From Octopus vulgaris (taxonomy: Eukaryota), in the NCBI GenBank assembly GCA_951406725.2, contig OX597817.1, positions 150,846,001-150,910,000 on the forward strand: 64,000 nt of DNA, read 5' to 3'. A program made the position numbers and the translations under genes. This document shows, one piece after another, positions 13,394-26,015 of the stretch. Under the pieces are notes generated by a model. That model searched no databases. It was not told the origin of the DNA and saw only the letters and a program-made list of their open reading frames with translations. Positions within the stretch are counted from its first letter, which is position 1. Each line of letters starts with the position of its first letter.

Positions 13394-15359
13394 GTAAGTT
13401 GAAATAACAGTCGTTTTGATAGAAGAGTTTTGTTTAACCAAAGCATTCTTTTAAAGAAAACTTTTTTGCTTTATAAATATATTTTATACATACATGTCCT
13501 CGTCGTAGGTATCTCTCAAGAATTTGATTCCATTGAGTTTATTCATGTTCTGAGATGGCTTGTATGGGCCTAACATTGATATAAAAATGTCCTTATGGCA
13601 ATGAAGACACAAGAATTGGAGCATGAATGGGTGTAAAAGACCACATTGTCAGCTTACTGTCCTCCCTTTTCTTCTGGGACCACCTTCTCAAACCTTTCCA
13701 GAACCTCTTTTTCACGTTTACAATTATTGCGTTTAAATTCTTTGTGATTTACATGTATTTATGACAACCATATAAAAATATAGACGGAAACAAGAAGTAT
13801 TCCAAAGACATACACTCGCAAAATAGATGACCCATTGACGAAAGAATTCTTATTCTTTTGTCAATGAGTAGTCTAATATTCGAAGGAATTTCCGTTACAT
13901 AAATATATCTGTAATATCCTATCTTTTTTTCTTTAAATTGTTTTGGTCATTGGACTGTGTCCATGCTGGGACACTAACATAAAGAGTTTCAGTTGAATGA
14001 ATCGATCCCAGTGCATTTTTTCTTCAAGCCTGGTACATATTCTATCGGTCTGTTTTGTCCAATCGCTAAGTTACAGGGATGTAAACAAACCAGCACGGAT
14101 TGTCTAGCGGTTGCGGAGGGCAAACACAGACACACACAGAGACACGTACGCATGCGCGCGCGTGCATGTGTGTACGACGAGCTTCTTTCAGTTTTTGTCT
14201 ACCAAATCCGTTGACAAGATTTTCGTCATCCTAAGGCAGCCGTAAAAGACGCTTGGCTCAAGATGCCCCGCAGTGGAACTGAATCATATGGTTGCAAAGC
14301 AAATTTTTACCACACAGCTACGTCTGTGTGTATTAATGTTTTTGCTTTGAAAATTTCTTTGGCGAAGATTTTCAACTAAAAAAAAAAAAAATAAAGTTTT
14401 CTTGAGCGGGTTTAGACAACATCAACAAGGTAGAAATACAAGTGTGTGCATGTGTATGTGTGTGTGGACACGCTTGCGTGCGCGCACACAAACACACACC
14501 TTAAAGGTAAAAAGAAAGAAATTTTATTATGCTATATTGTCTTAAGACATATTGTGGCTGATATTGTTCAGATATTCTATTGAGAAGATAAATTGTTAGT
14601 TAATTTAACTGTTAGAAATTTTCCTATAATTTATATTTAGATTCAGTGGAGCTAAGATTTTGATATTTCAATTTTCTTACACCCACCTCATTCCATCAGC
14701 CATCATCATCATCATCATCATTTTATGTCCGCTTTCCATGCTAGCATGGGTTGGACGATTTGACTGAGGTCTGGCGAACCAAACTCCAATCTGATCAGCA
14801 GAGTTTCTACAGCTTGATGCCCTTCCTAACGCCAACCACTCTGAGAGTGTAGTGGGTGCTTTTACGTGCCACCGGCACGAGGGCCAGTTTGGTGGAACTG
14901 GCAACAGCCACACCAAAATGGTGCTTTTTATGTGTCACCTGCACAGGAGCCAGTCCAGCGGCACTGGCAACAACCTCGCTCGGATATTTCACATGCCACC
15001 AGCCACCACCACAAGTGTGCTAGTAAGGCGACGCAGTAACGATCATGGCATGTCTATACAAAGGAGATTTCTGGTTTAAAATTTTCTAATGTCACATTGA
15101 GACCCCTCAAAAAACTTGGATGTAACCAACATCTCATCTTGTCTCTGTGACCTTCTAAGAGTTTAAATGACATGCTTCCTACTAATTCAAACTATATGCT
15201 ATTATCTTCCATGTTTCCATCTTTTATTGATATCAAAACATAAAATCAAAAGCAGGCATCCATTATGTGAATACTGTGAAAGACAACAATTAAAACTAAG
15301 GAAAAGTTTCCTAATATCCACCAATCTTGTAGATGTTTCACAAGAATTTATCTACATAT

Positions 15360-15521
15360 AGGCGTAGGAGTGGCTGTGTGGTAAGTAGCTTGCTTACCAA
15401 CCACATGGTTTCAGGTTCAGTCCCACTGCATGGCACCTTGGGCAAGTGACTTCTACTATAGCCTTGGGCCAACCAAAGCCTTGTGAGTGGATTCGGTACA
15501 CGGAAACTGAAAGAAGCCTGT

Positions 15522-15560
<39 letters not shown>

Positions 15561-15785
15561 ATATATGTTTGTGTGTCTGTGTTTGTCCCTCCACCCAACA
15601 TTACTTGACAACCGATGCTGGTGTATTTATGTCCCTGTAACTTAGCGGTTCGGCAAAAAAAAAAACTGATAGAAGAAGTACTAGGCTTACAAAGAATAAG
15701 TCCTGGGGTCGATTTGCTCGACTAAAGGCGGTGCTCCAGCATGGCCACAGTCAAATGACTGAGACAAGTAGAAAAGTAAAGAATA
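15360..15785 (+). mobile_element. tRNA-derived SINE family B (GGCGTAGGAGTGGCTGTGTGGTAAG head, internal TA/TG microsatellite)
   Basis: A/B-box-like head; copies near 13925-14325(-), 22230-22640(-), 23055-23352(+), 54433-54650(-), 57368-57726(-). Confidence 0.85.
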
Positions 15786-15793
15786 GATAGAGA

Positions 15794-16913
15794 TATGAGG
15801 TCTGATCAAAAGGTGTCAAGACTGTTGCTATGGTAACAGAGTTAAAGTAAGCAGAGTGTAGAAGTTGCTTGGTACAGATTAACCTTGAACTCTTGCTCAT
15901 TTCCATTGTTTGTAGCAGTTCTTGGAAGTAAAGTGTGTGGCGTGTGAACAGCTCATTGAGAAAAATCTGCATGGAATTTTGCTTGGTGATATCTGTGCAG
16001 AGACCTATGCAAAGTTGCTGAAAGTGTATAGAGAAGAATGTATGAACTGGACACAACTGGACAAGTGGTTCAAATGCTTCCAAGATGGTTGACAAAATTT
16101 TGCCAGCGACACATGTTCTGGGAGACCCACAACCAGCAGAACTGATGAAAGCATCACATTGTTCATCATGAGTATTACTCCACCTGGTCGGACAGTAAAC
16201 AAGGAGTACCACTGTGATCTGTTGCAGTGTTTGTAGGATGCTGTTTGTCAGAAAATGACAGAATGGGATGTGTCTAGCGAGTGGCAACTCCACTATGATA
16301 ATGCACCTGGACATTCAGTGCAGCCTGTGCAGGAGTTTTGGGCCAAACACAACATTTCCCAGGACCGACAACCACCATATCCCCCAGATCTTGCCTCTTG
16401 CGAGCTGGCAGAAACGTTAGCACACCGGACAAAATGCTTAGCAGTGTTTCATTTGCCATTACGTTCTGAGTTCAAATTCTGCCGAGGTCGACTTTGCCTT
16501 TCATCCTTTTGGAGTCGATAAATTAAGTACCAGTTATGCACTGGGGTCGATATAATCGACTTAATCCCTTTGTCTGTCCTTGTTTGCTCCCTCTATGTTT
16601 AGCCCCTTGTGGGCAATAAAGAAATAAGAAATAAGATCTTGCCTCTTGCCACTTTTCCTCTTTCCAAAAAGCAAATTCCACTTGAAAGGAACAAGATTTC
16701 AAGACACTGAGGAAATCCAAGAGAATGTGGCAAGGCAGCCACTCACTATCCCAGAAAAGGAGTTCCAGGAAGGCTTCCATCAATAGGAATGATGCTGGAT
16801 AAATTGTGTGGCTTCAGAAGGGAACTACTTCAAAGATTAAATGCTGAACTGACATGTGTTGCAGTTTTCTTTTTTTATAGCACCAGTCCCAATACATTTC
16901 ATCAGACCTTGTA
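15794..16913 (+). mobile_element. degenerate mariner transposon with TIRs and TA ends, carrying a SINE insertion
   Basis: TA-TGAGGTCTGATCAAAAG ... CATTTCATCAGACCTTG-TA; WQLHYDNAPGH and PPYPPDLA motifs. Confidence 0.85.
16402..16633 (+). mobile_element. SINE family A inserted in the mariner, 16-bp TSD
   Basis: AGATCTTGCCTCTTGC at 16386-16401 and 16634-16649. Confidence 0.88.
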
Positions 16914-17741
16914 CAATTATTTGAAGGAAAAGACTGTTAGCCTTTTCAGCTATACTAGACACGAAGATGGAGGTAGCAGAAAAATTGTCAAAAGACTGAG
17001 TTCAAATGGAGTAAGTGAAAACGGCTTATTTGACTTCTCATTGGACTTGCTTAACCAAATACTTTGAAGTGGAAGCATCAAACTCATTTGGCTTTGTGAG
17101 CTGCATTGAGGCAAAAACTAGATCTCATGAGCTGATTAAGGACAATTATTTCTGAAAACCCTATTTATAATACAGGCCAGCGTAAATGGATAAAGGGGTC
17201 AAAAGTACGAAGTGTTAGGTTGGGTGCAAAGGTGTGTGGAAAAATTCATTCACATACAGTTCTGTTAAACAGAATTCTCAGTCTGAAAATAGAGATAGAA
17301 ATTGTCCAGATAAATGCATGCAGTTTTTGAAAGTTCTTAATGTGCCTTAAAAGAGAGATTAATGCCTGATAGAAAGCTTGCCCTGTTTCAGTTACAAAAC
17401 CTCTCAACATCATTCATATCACCAGGGTTGGTCTAGCCGTTGCTGAGAGCTGGATCCAACCTGCAGGCTCTATGCTGGCCCCCTCTCCTGCATTAAAGGG
17501 AAATGCAAACATGCTGTGGAATCCCCTTTCTGTGACATGAGGACAGTAGGTACCTGTAGGTTTACTTGATGGGTTCCTTTTTGTTTGGATGTTTTAGAAA
17601 TAACAAAGATAATGTAAAAAAAAAATTAGAAATATTGATTACTCTTCATCTCAGTGGAGAGGTCTTGTCTTGTGAGTTACTTTTTATGTAACACAGACAT
17701 TCATGGCATGTTGGGGCTATGTAAAAAGGACCCAGTATACT

Positions 17742-18167
17742 CGGGGCTGGATTAAGACCCATCAAGGCCTTAAGCACTTAAAAGATTTTGGTACCCCCAT
17801 AAAGATAATGTAATTTAAAATATATACAATAACAAACCATAAAATATTTTTTTTATTTTTCAAAATGAAACAAAACATTAAGAGGGAAAATAATGTTTAT
17901 TTTTGTATACTTCCGCTTTATTTATATTTGAAAAGTTTCCTCCTACTTTTCTGAATTACAAAGTCTTTGATAAGATCTTCAAAATTAATCTTAGGTAACA
18001 CATCTGAACCTATATTTAGTAGAGATAAAGGCATCCCGAATATTATTTTAGCAAGTTTAAAGTAATTTCTTTTGTGCTGTAAACCATTTACCATTTCTGT
18101 GGTGCCCCCTCCTTCCCTTGATGCCCTAAGCATGTGCTTATTTTGCTTAATGGTTAATCCAGCACTG
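17742..18167 (-). mobile_element. internally deleted hAT element
   Basis: TIRs CGGGGCTGGATTAA / TTAATCCAGCACTG; minus-strand INFEDLIKDFVIQKSRRK resembles the hAT transposase C-terminus. Confidence 0.65.
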
Positions 18168-19062
18168 AGAACATGCTGTAAAGTGGTTGGCATTATGAAG
18201 GGCATCCAGGTGTAAAATCAAAGCCAAAGCAGGCACTGAAATTTGATGCAGTCCTCTGGTTTTCCAGTTCCTGTCAGACTGTCCAACCCATGCCAGTATG
18301 GAAAGCAGATATCAAATGACAGAGATGATGATGATGATGATGGAAGAGGAATAAAATACCAGCTTGAAGCTCTTGCTTTTTAATAGGGATTGGTAGATAA
18401 AGGATCTCCCTATTGCTGACCAGACTAACATGTCTGTTATCTTCTGCTCTTGACATGTCCGTAAAAAGCTTGACATGTCCGTCAAACTACACCTCATGAC
18501 TTTGTCCGTCAAACTACACCTCATGACTTTGAAATTTACTTTGCATGTCGAGTGCTCTCAATTATAATAATCTTTGCCCAACCAATGCCTTGTGAATGGC
18601 AGACAGAAACTGTGTGAAAGGACTCATCACTACTTGAAAGCGGTGAGCTGGCAGAAATGTTAGCACGCCGGATGAAATGCTTAGCAGTGTTTCATCTGCC
18701 ATTACGTTCTGAGTTCAAATTCTGCCGAGGTCGACTTTACCTTTCATCCTTTCGTGGTCAATAAATTAAGTACCAGTGATGCACTGGGGTTGATGTAATT
18801 GACTTAATCTCTTTGCCTGTCTTTGTTTGTCCCCCCTGTGTTTATCTCCTTGTGGGCAACAATGAAATAAGAAACTGTGTGAAAGCCCATTGTATATATG
18901 TGGGTGTGTGTGTGTATTAGAGTAGTGTATTAGAGTAGTGAGGCAAACACAAAGACACACATGTACACACACACATGTATGTATGTACATGCATGCACAC
19001 ACGCATGTATGTACATGCGTGTGTGTGTGTGTACATGTGCTTGTGTGCGTGCATGTGTGTGT

Positions 19063-19095
<33 letters not shown>

Positions 19096-19270
19096 ATTCC
19101 ATGTTTGTCTCTCGTCACTACTTGACAACTAGTGTTGATTTGTTTGACTAGACTCTTTAAGCTGGCGTCCCAGCATGACCAATAACTGAAACAAGTAAAA
19201 AAGATAAAATGATAAAAAAAACAAGCAATTTCACAAATTTTCCTTTGACCATAGAATAGACTTTTTCTGC

Positions 19271-19499
19271 TTAACCCTTTCATTACTGTATTTATTTTGA
19301 GGTGCTCTGTGTTTCTTTCAATTACTTTAAATATAACAAAGAATTTAGTAAAATAACTTAGTTATCATTAAGCTAGTGTTAGGAGCATAAACTGTGACTA
19401 AGGTTTGGTGGAAGATTTTAATTTAAAACTTATGAAAACAAGGCATTTGTACTACAAAACCGGAGGCGGTTTCAGCCGGGTTGGTAACGAAAGGGTTAA
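19271..19499. mobile_element. piggyBac-type MITE
   Basis: TTAA-CCCTTT ... AAAGGG-TTAA, about 225 bp; same family at 26016-26741 and 26757-26992. Confidence 0.8.
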
Positions 19500-19986
19500 A
19501 GTTTTAATTTGCCAAAGACTAAAACTCTAATTAGCTGGAAAACAAGACTGCACACTAATCCCTTCAGGTAAATGGCCCTGTTTTACACGTAGACAAGGTG
19601 AAGGTAGAACTCCCATACAGTGTTCTCAATGCAGACTATGAACACATAAGAGGTTCTGTGGAATCAAAGTCAGATTAACAGAGAAAGTGGAATTTGTTTG
19701 TGGAAGGTGTGCAGGAGTAATTCATTTGAATATATATTTACCAGACTTGACCAATATCTGGCATCTTCTGCAGCTACATGGATGATCTGAACATATTCAT
19801 GAGTGGAGAAGTGGTAAGTATACTTGGGACTAGGTATTTGCTTCTGGAAAAGCCCAGACACAGCAGAAGTGGTTGAATTATTGTCTCTGCAATATCATAA
19901 ACCAATGACAAAAAACCCAACTGCAAACCATTTCTTCAATCCAGTTATCCTTGAATTACACTGTATAACAACATTAAAATTTTTTT

Positions 19987-20515
19987 GGATCTTCACCTTT
20001 TGACCTACAGATTTAAAAAATAATTTTTTGTAACTAAACACTTTCAAACTCTGGCCACTGGTAGAATGTGTCATATAAAACATCTTTTACTCTTAGCATT
20101 TTTGAGGAAAACTTACATTTACAAAGTTATTTCACGTTAAAGTTCTTGTATTTCAGTAATTTCAACCAATCAATGACGTGTATTCAGCTGAATAAAATTA
20201 CTGCCGTTGTTTGTCAACAACTATCAGCGGTTTATTTTTCGTTTGTCACTGTTATTTATGACATCGTTCGAGCGTTTGTACTGGTTTTAAGGTTTTAGGG
20301 TGTTAGGGTTAGGGTTTTGGGGTTAGGGTTTTAGGGTTAGGGTTAGTGTTTTAGGATTAGGGTTGTCATAAATAACAGTGACAAACGAAAAATACACCAC
20401 TGATAGTAAGAGTAAAAGATGTTTTATATGACACATTCTGCCAGTGTCCGAAGTTTGAAAGTGTTTAGTTACAAAAAATTACTTTTTAAATCTGTCGGTC
20501 AAAAGGTAAAGATCC
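19987..20515. mobile_element. foldback/MITE-like element with long TIRs and an internal degenerate (TTAGGG)n core
   Basis: 19987-20095 pairs with 20407-20515; 20221-20263 pairs with 20364-20406; telomere-like repeats at about 20283-20364. Confidence 0.8.
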
Positions 20516-21054
20516 ATTTTTTTTTTTGTCTTTGGTCAGTAAGTGTTATTTCCTATTTGCTTTTATCCAGAAATCAAAAGAAATGACTACTATTCCCTTT
20601 GCTTTTGTGACCTGGTCATCAATGGTTTGAAACTGACCTATTTTTCCATTACGTTTCAGACAGATTCAGCACTGAGTTGCTGAAGCAGAAATATCATTAT
20701 AGCAGATATCCCGCCCAATACTACAGATTTGCTTGCCAGTTATTTGACCGTAACCACTTGAGCATGTCCCTCAGAGGCTGACAATATGTGCATCTCTGAT
20801 CGTGAGCAGGATCAGTGGGGGAGCATCATAGCCATGAGAGGGATTGTTTGGGGCTTGAACAAATGTAACAAAAGCAAAGTTTGAAGGAAATATTAGCCAT
20901 TTCTCACAGTTTCAAGGGGTCTGCAGATAGAAAATTACAGTTGCTACCCAAGGACAAAATCATGTTAAACAGTGTTACCTGTCATGTAATTTCAGTTGTG
21001 TTTTGTTTTTCTACATGCATCATCAGTCTCTTTCTTTATTTCTTTTTTATTTAG

Positions 21055-21171
21055 TTTCCTTCTGGTTTCCATGGTTATACCAAAATCGCTGAGTCTCGGA
21101 ATGATGTAAATACTTTATATCGGCAACTAGCCAAACCTCTTCCACCAAACAAATTCATGTGGAGAGTAATG
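21055..21171 (+). CDS. TEX36: TEX36-like gene, exon 2 (FPSGFHGYTKIAESRNDVNTLYRQLAKPLPPNKFMWRVM)
   Basis: Polypyrimidine tract plus TTAG acceptor at 21054; open 117-nt phase-0 exon; donor GTAACA at 21172 (alternative in-frame donor GTAATG at 21166). LPP motif lies upstream of HDNR as in TEX36. Confidence 0.72.
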
Positions 21172-21596
21172 GTAACATAAAGTGAATTATTTCCAAAGCA
21201 TTTTGTTATAAATGAAATTGTGTGTTTTGAATAAATAATGTATCTGGGTTGGGTTAATTAACAAAACCCCGTGACAAGTAGAATTCCTGTAAGAGAATTC
21301 CTTGCAAGCTTGCTTTCTAAGCTAAACTAAGGAAACTTTTATAGAAAGATCTGCTTCTTGTAAGAGATTGCATGTACACAACATCTCTTTTTGTCTTTTT
21401 TATTGTTTATTTGTTTCAGTCATTGGTGTGAGGCTCTGCTGGAGCACTGCCTGGAAAGGTTTTAGTGGAACAAATCAATCCCAATACTTTAATTTTAAGG
21501 CCCGGCACTTATTTTGTCAGTCTCTATTGCCAAACTGCTAAGCTATGGGAAGACAAGGAAACCAACACCAGTTGTCAAGTGATGGTGGGCGACAAA

Positions 21597-21633
<37 letters not shown>

Positions 21634-23618
21634 AAACACACACACAAACACACACACATACACGCACACACACTTCTTCTTCTCCTCCTCCTCCTCCTTG
21701 CCCCGGTGGCAAATAAAACAAACCATTATTATTTGTTATATTATTAACCATTATTATTATTGTTGTTTTTTTTGCTGTTGTTGTTGTTGTTGCTATTATT
21801 ATTATAAGAAATGGCACACAATTGAAACCTCAAATTGATTTTGTTCAATTTGGTTTGTTTCAAAGGGGTTTATTCATATTTTTTTTTTGTTGTACCATAT
21901 TGTTAATGAACTGACAAACCTTTTGTGATGTTAGCTTCATTCAATTTTAGCCCTTCAGCATCTGGAATTGCATTTTCTTCTTTAAAATCATAGCATTGAA
22001 TCTTTCAACAAATAGCAAGGTGACAGGAAAACAAAAGTTTTGATCCAGCTTTCAAACTGTTATCTCAGACCAACACTACCAGCAACAGTGCCACAGCCAG
22101 TGCTGGCTGAAGCAACAACAACAGCAATAACAACAGTGGTGACAACAACAACAGCAAAACAAATGAAAAAAAATCGTAAAAACAATAACATCTACAAAAA
22201 AATCTACAATATCAAACAGGAGAATTAAGACATACTCTTTACTTGTTTCAGTTATGTGACTGTGGGCATGCTGGAGCACCACCTTTAGTCGAGCAAATCA
22301 ACCCCAGGACTTATTCTTTGTAAGCCTAGTACTTATTCTATCGGTCTCTTTTGCCGAACTGCTAAGCTATGGGGTCGTAAACACATCAGCATCGGTTGTC
22401 AAGCAATGTTGGGTGGACAAACACAGACACACAAACATATACACATACATACATATATATACATACACATATATACGACGGGATTCTTTCAGTTTCCATC
22501 CACCAAATCCACTCACAAGGCTTTGGCCAGCCCGTGGCTATAGTAGAAGACATTTGCCCAAGGTGTCACACAGTGGGACTGAACCCAGAACCATGTGGTT
22601 TGTAAGCAAGCTACTTACCACGCAGCCACTCCCACGCCTATCAAAAATTTTAATTGTCTAACCAACACATCGGCAATTTCCACCTTTGCTGTTATCACCA
22701 CAAGAAGACACAATGTACAATTTCCTCACTTGCCACCTTTTCCAACATTGCTCACTGAGTGCAAGATGAAATCACTATCCTGGTGGATGAATTGAAACAA
22801 GCAAGGCATATGTTGACAAAAACAAAAAATATATCAAATAAAGAGACAAGATCTAAAACATTATCTACATACCTGTAGGTTTAAAGACAAAAGATGATAC
22901 AAGACATAGAAAAATGTTTCAGACCTATCTGGAGTATCAAAACTTGGGAGAGATGAGATTGCCAACTGAAGAAGGGGTCAAAAGAGAACCCAAAACAAAC
23001 ACTAAGGACTGGTGCTCACATGGATTCATTGATTGACCAAATGATTAATCATATATAGCCTTGGGCCGACCAAAGCCTTGTGAGTGGATTTGGTAGACGG
23101 AAACTGAAAGAAGCCCGTCGTATATATGTATACATATATGTTTGTGTGTCTGTGTTTGTCCCCCCCAACATCGCTTGACAATTGATGGTGGTGTGTTTAT
23201 GTCCCTGTAACTTAGCGGTTCAGCAAAAGAGACTGATAGAATAACCACTAGGCTTACAAAGAATAAGTCCTAGGGCCGATTTGTTCAACTAAAGGCAGTG
23301 CTCAAGCATGGCCACAGTCAAATGACTGAAACAAGTAAAAGAGTAAAAGAGTATACAATTGATCAGTTAGCTGGTTAAAAGGTTAACTAGTAATTGTTTC
23401 AAATTTTGGCACAAGGTCAGCAATTTCAGGTAGTGGGTAAGTTGATTACATCAACCCCAGTATTCAACTGGTAGTTATTTTAGTGACCCCAAAAGGATGA
23501 AAGACAAAGTTGACCTTGGCAGAATTTGAACTCAGAACGTAAAGACAGACGAAATGCCACTGAGCAATTTGCCTGGTGTGCTAATGGTTCTGCCAGCTCA
23601 CCACCTTAAAAGAGAAAC

Positions 23619-23692
23619 AGGCTTCAGGAGGATTTGAACCATCCACCTCCAGTTTACTAGATTTTTGCTCTGACCAACTGAGCTATGGGGAC
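23619..23692 (-). pseudogene. tRNA-Thr(AGT)-like pseudogene
   Basis: Minus strand GTCCCCATAGCTCAGTTGGTCAGAGCAAAAATCTAGTAAACTGGAGGTGGATGGTTCAAATCCTCCTGAAGCCT. D arm, CTAGTAA loop and T loop are recognisable; acceptor and anticodon stems are broken. Confidence 0.65.
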
Positions 23693-23799
23693 AAAACACA
23701 GGAGTATTTGGAAGCCAAATACAAAAAGTTGATATGATTTGTTGGATCAAAACATTTTCTTGGTGAGAGAAAATATTGGGTCAGAGGATTGATAGAGGA

Positions 23800-23803
23800 A
23801 AGC

Positions 23804-23834
<31 letters not shown>

Positions 23835-24600
23835 GTGAGAGGGTGAAAGAGAAATAGAGAGAGAGAGAGAGATAGAGATATAGTGAGAATTTACAAAAAA
23901 ACAAAAGATGAAGACGGGTGTGAAAACAACAAAGAGATGTATTAGTTTAACGCTCAAGAAATGAGAAAGTCTTTTACGTTTCGAGCCTATGCTCTTTGAC
24001 AGAAAGGAACACAGAAATAAACAGGGAGAGAAAATAGAAAAAGGTTTAAAGACAGATAGAGAGAGGGCAATAGAAAGAAAGATATAGAAAGAGATAGAGA
24101 TTGAAAGAGAGAGAGAAAGAAGGAGAAACAGAAAGAGAGAGACAGTGATATATAGAGAGGGAGAGATAGAAAGAGAGAGAGAGAGGGAAAGAGAAACAGA
24201 AAGAGAGAGACAGAGATATATAGAAAGAGAGGGAGTGATAGAAAGAGAGATAGAGAGAGAGAGAGGGAAAGAGAAATAGAAAGAGAGAGACAGAGATATA
24301 TAGAAAGACAGGTAGAGAGAAGGTAATAGAAAGAAAGATATAGAAAGAGATAGAGATTGAAAGAGAGAGAAATAAAGAGAGAGAGAAAGAGAAATAGACA
24401 GAGAGAAAGACAAAGATATATAGAAAGAGAAGGAGAGATAGAAAGAAAGAGAAAGACAGAGATAGAGAGACAGACAGACGGATAGAGAGAGAGAGAGAGA
24501 GCTATACTAAGAGAGATAAAAAGAGAGTTAGGGAAATAGAAAGAGTGAGAGATAAAAATAGCTATAGAAAGACAGAGAGAAATAGATAGAAAGAGAGAAA
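23800..24600. repeat. ~800-bp purine-rich (GA)n/GAAA/GATA low-complexity tract
   Basis: Nearly all A/G on +, with higher-order repeated blocks. Confidence 0.9.
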
Positions 24601-25037
24601 GGGGGTCATGTGTTAACAATGAAAACAAGACAAAAAAAAATGATGCAATGAAAGAACCATGATCATGAAACAAATGACTGACTGAGGTGGTTGTTAAATG
24701 GTTGTGTGTAGTATATTAGATTAGTGTGTATTCAGAATAAATGAAAGCTAATTTCATGTCAGAATTTAATGAGTCAGATAGGAAGCCATGGCGAGATATG
24801 AAGTTTAGATAATCTGAAATCTTAGTCAGAGATTTCACAATGCACAATTACTGCAGGCATTGCAATCTTCTTACATGTATGTATTAAGCTGGTATATAAG
24901 CAAACGTGCTGTCCATACTCAAGAGTGTTGTGCCCACACGACCTAATTAATAAAGCTTGCCTCACCCTCATTAGCTTGGCTTAAGATCTTCCATGCAAAA
25001 TTGTAATGCACTTTGTAGTTTAGTATTTTACTCTTCA

Positions 25038-25340
25038 TTATACCAGTCTCACTCATACCAGTTTCACTCATACCAGTTTCACTCATACCAGTCTCACTCA
25101 TACCAGTTTCACTCATACCAGTTTCACTCATACCAGTTCACTCATACCAGTCTCACTCATACCAATCTCACTCATACCAGTCTCACCCATACCAGTCTCA
25201 CTCATACCAGTCTCACTCATACAAGTCTCACTCATACCAGTCTCACTCATGCCCGTCTCACTCATACCAGTTTCACTCATGCCAGTCTCATTCATACCAG
25301 TCTCACTCATACCAGTCTCACTCATACCAGTTTCACTCAT
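25038..25340. repeat. 15-bp minisatellite (ATACCAGTYTCACTC), about 20 copies
   Basis: Direct tandem units in intron 2 of the TEX36-like gene. Confidence 0.95.
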
Positions 25341-25742
25341 AGATTGCATCCTATCTAACAGCTGTTTCTGCTCCCAATGTATTGCCATTGATATACTAAA
25401 AATATTTATCATATTTGGTAATAAAACTGATCAGAAACACGGAGCTTCATCAGAGTGAAGAATAAATATAAAAGGAGTAGAGCCTAGAGAAGAAAAAGGA
25501 AAAGTTGAATATGATTGTAATCATACCATTTTGTCTGTGTATCTCTTTGGGATGTACATGCCTACATGCACATGCACACACACTCACTCACACACATATA
25601 CACACACATATATGATTGTTGGAATAATAATCAAAGTTTATGTATAAACAACTGAACTTGAATCCTAAGTATTGATGTTTGAATTAATTAGCAAATAATT
25701 TATATTAATTACTCAAGTCAAATTATTTGTATTCTGTTTTAG

Positions 25743-25820
25743 CAACCCCCGTCAAAACATGTTTTTTCCATTCATGATAACCGAAAGGCATTTAAAGGGG
25801 ATGCTCATATCTTTGGCAAG
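25743..25820 (+). CDS. TEX36: TEX36-like gene, exon 3 with HDNR motif (QPPSKHVFSIHDNRKAFKGDAHIFGK)
   Basis: TTTTAG acceptor, AAG|GTAAGA donor, 78 nt, phase 0. FSxHDNR is the signature of the HDNR domain family (TEX36). Confidence 0.85.
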
Positions 25821-26015
25821 GTAAGATGTTTTTATTCTAAATTCTCTAAATAATTAACAGGACCAAAAAATACTCATTCAGGCCAATGGTATTGAATTGC
25901 CTCTCTCCCCTACTTTCCCATGATTTTGGTTTCTCTATCAGACTCGTTCACTTTCCTCTTTCACCCCTTTTGTTAACACTTTTAGCAACATTTGTATTGG
26001 ACAAATGGAAACAAC

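Noticed and set aside
20283-20364. True telomere or chromosome fusion site
   Set aside because: Short, degenerate, single orientation and enclosed by TIRs inside an intron.
23619-23692. Functional tRNA-Thr gene
   Set aside because: Acceptor and anticodon stems do not pair; kept only as a pseudogene.
23781-24673. Long Ser/Leu-rich ORFs
   Set aside because: Artefacts of the (GA)n low-complexity tract.
24943-25412. (SETGM)n repeat protein or CRISPR-like array
   Set aside because: Plain 15-bp tandem repeat with no unique spacers, no cas genes and a eukaryotic intronic context.
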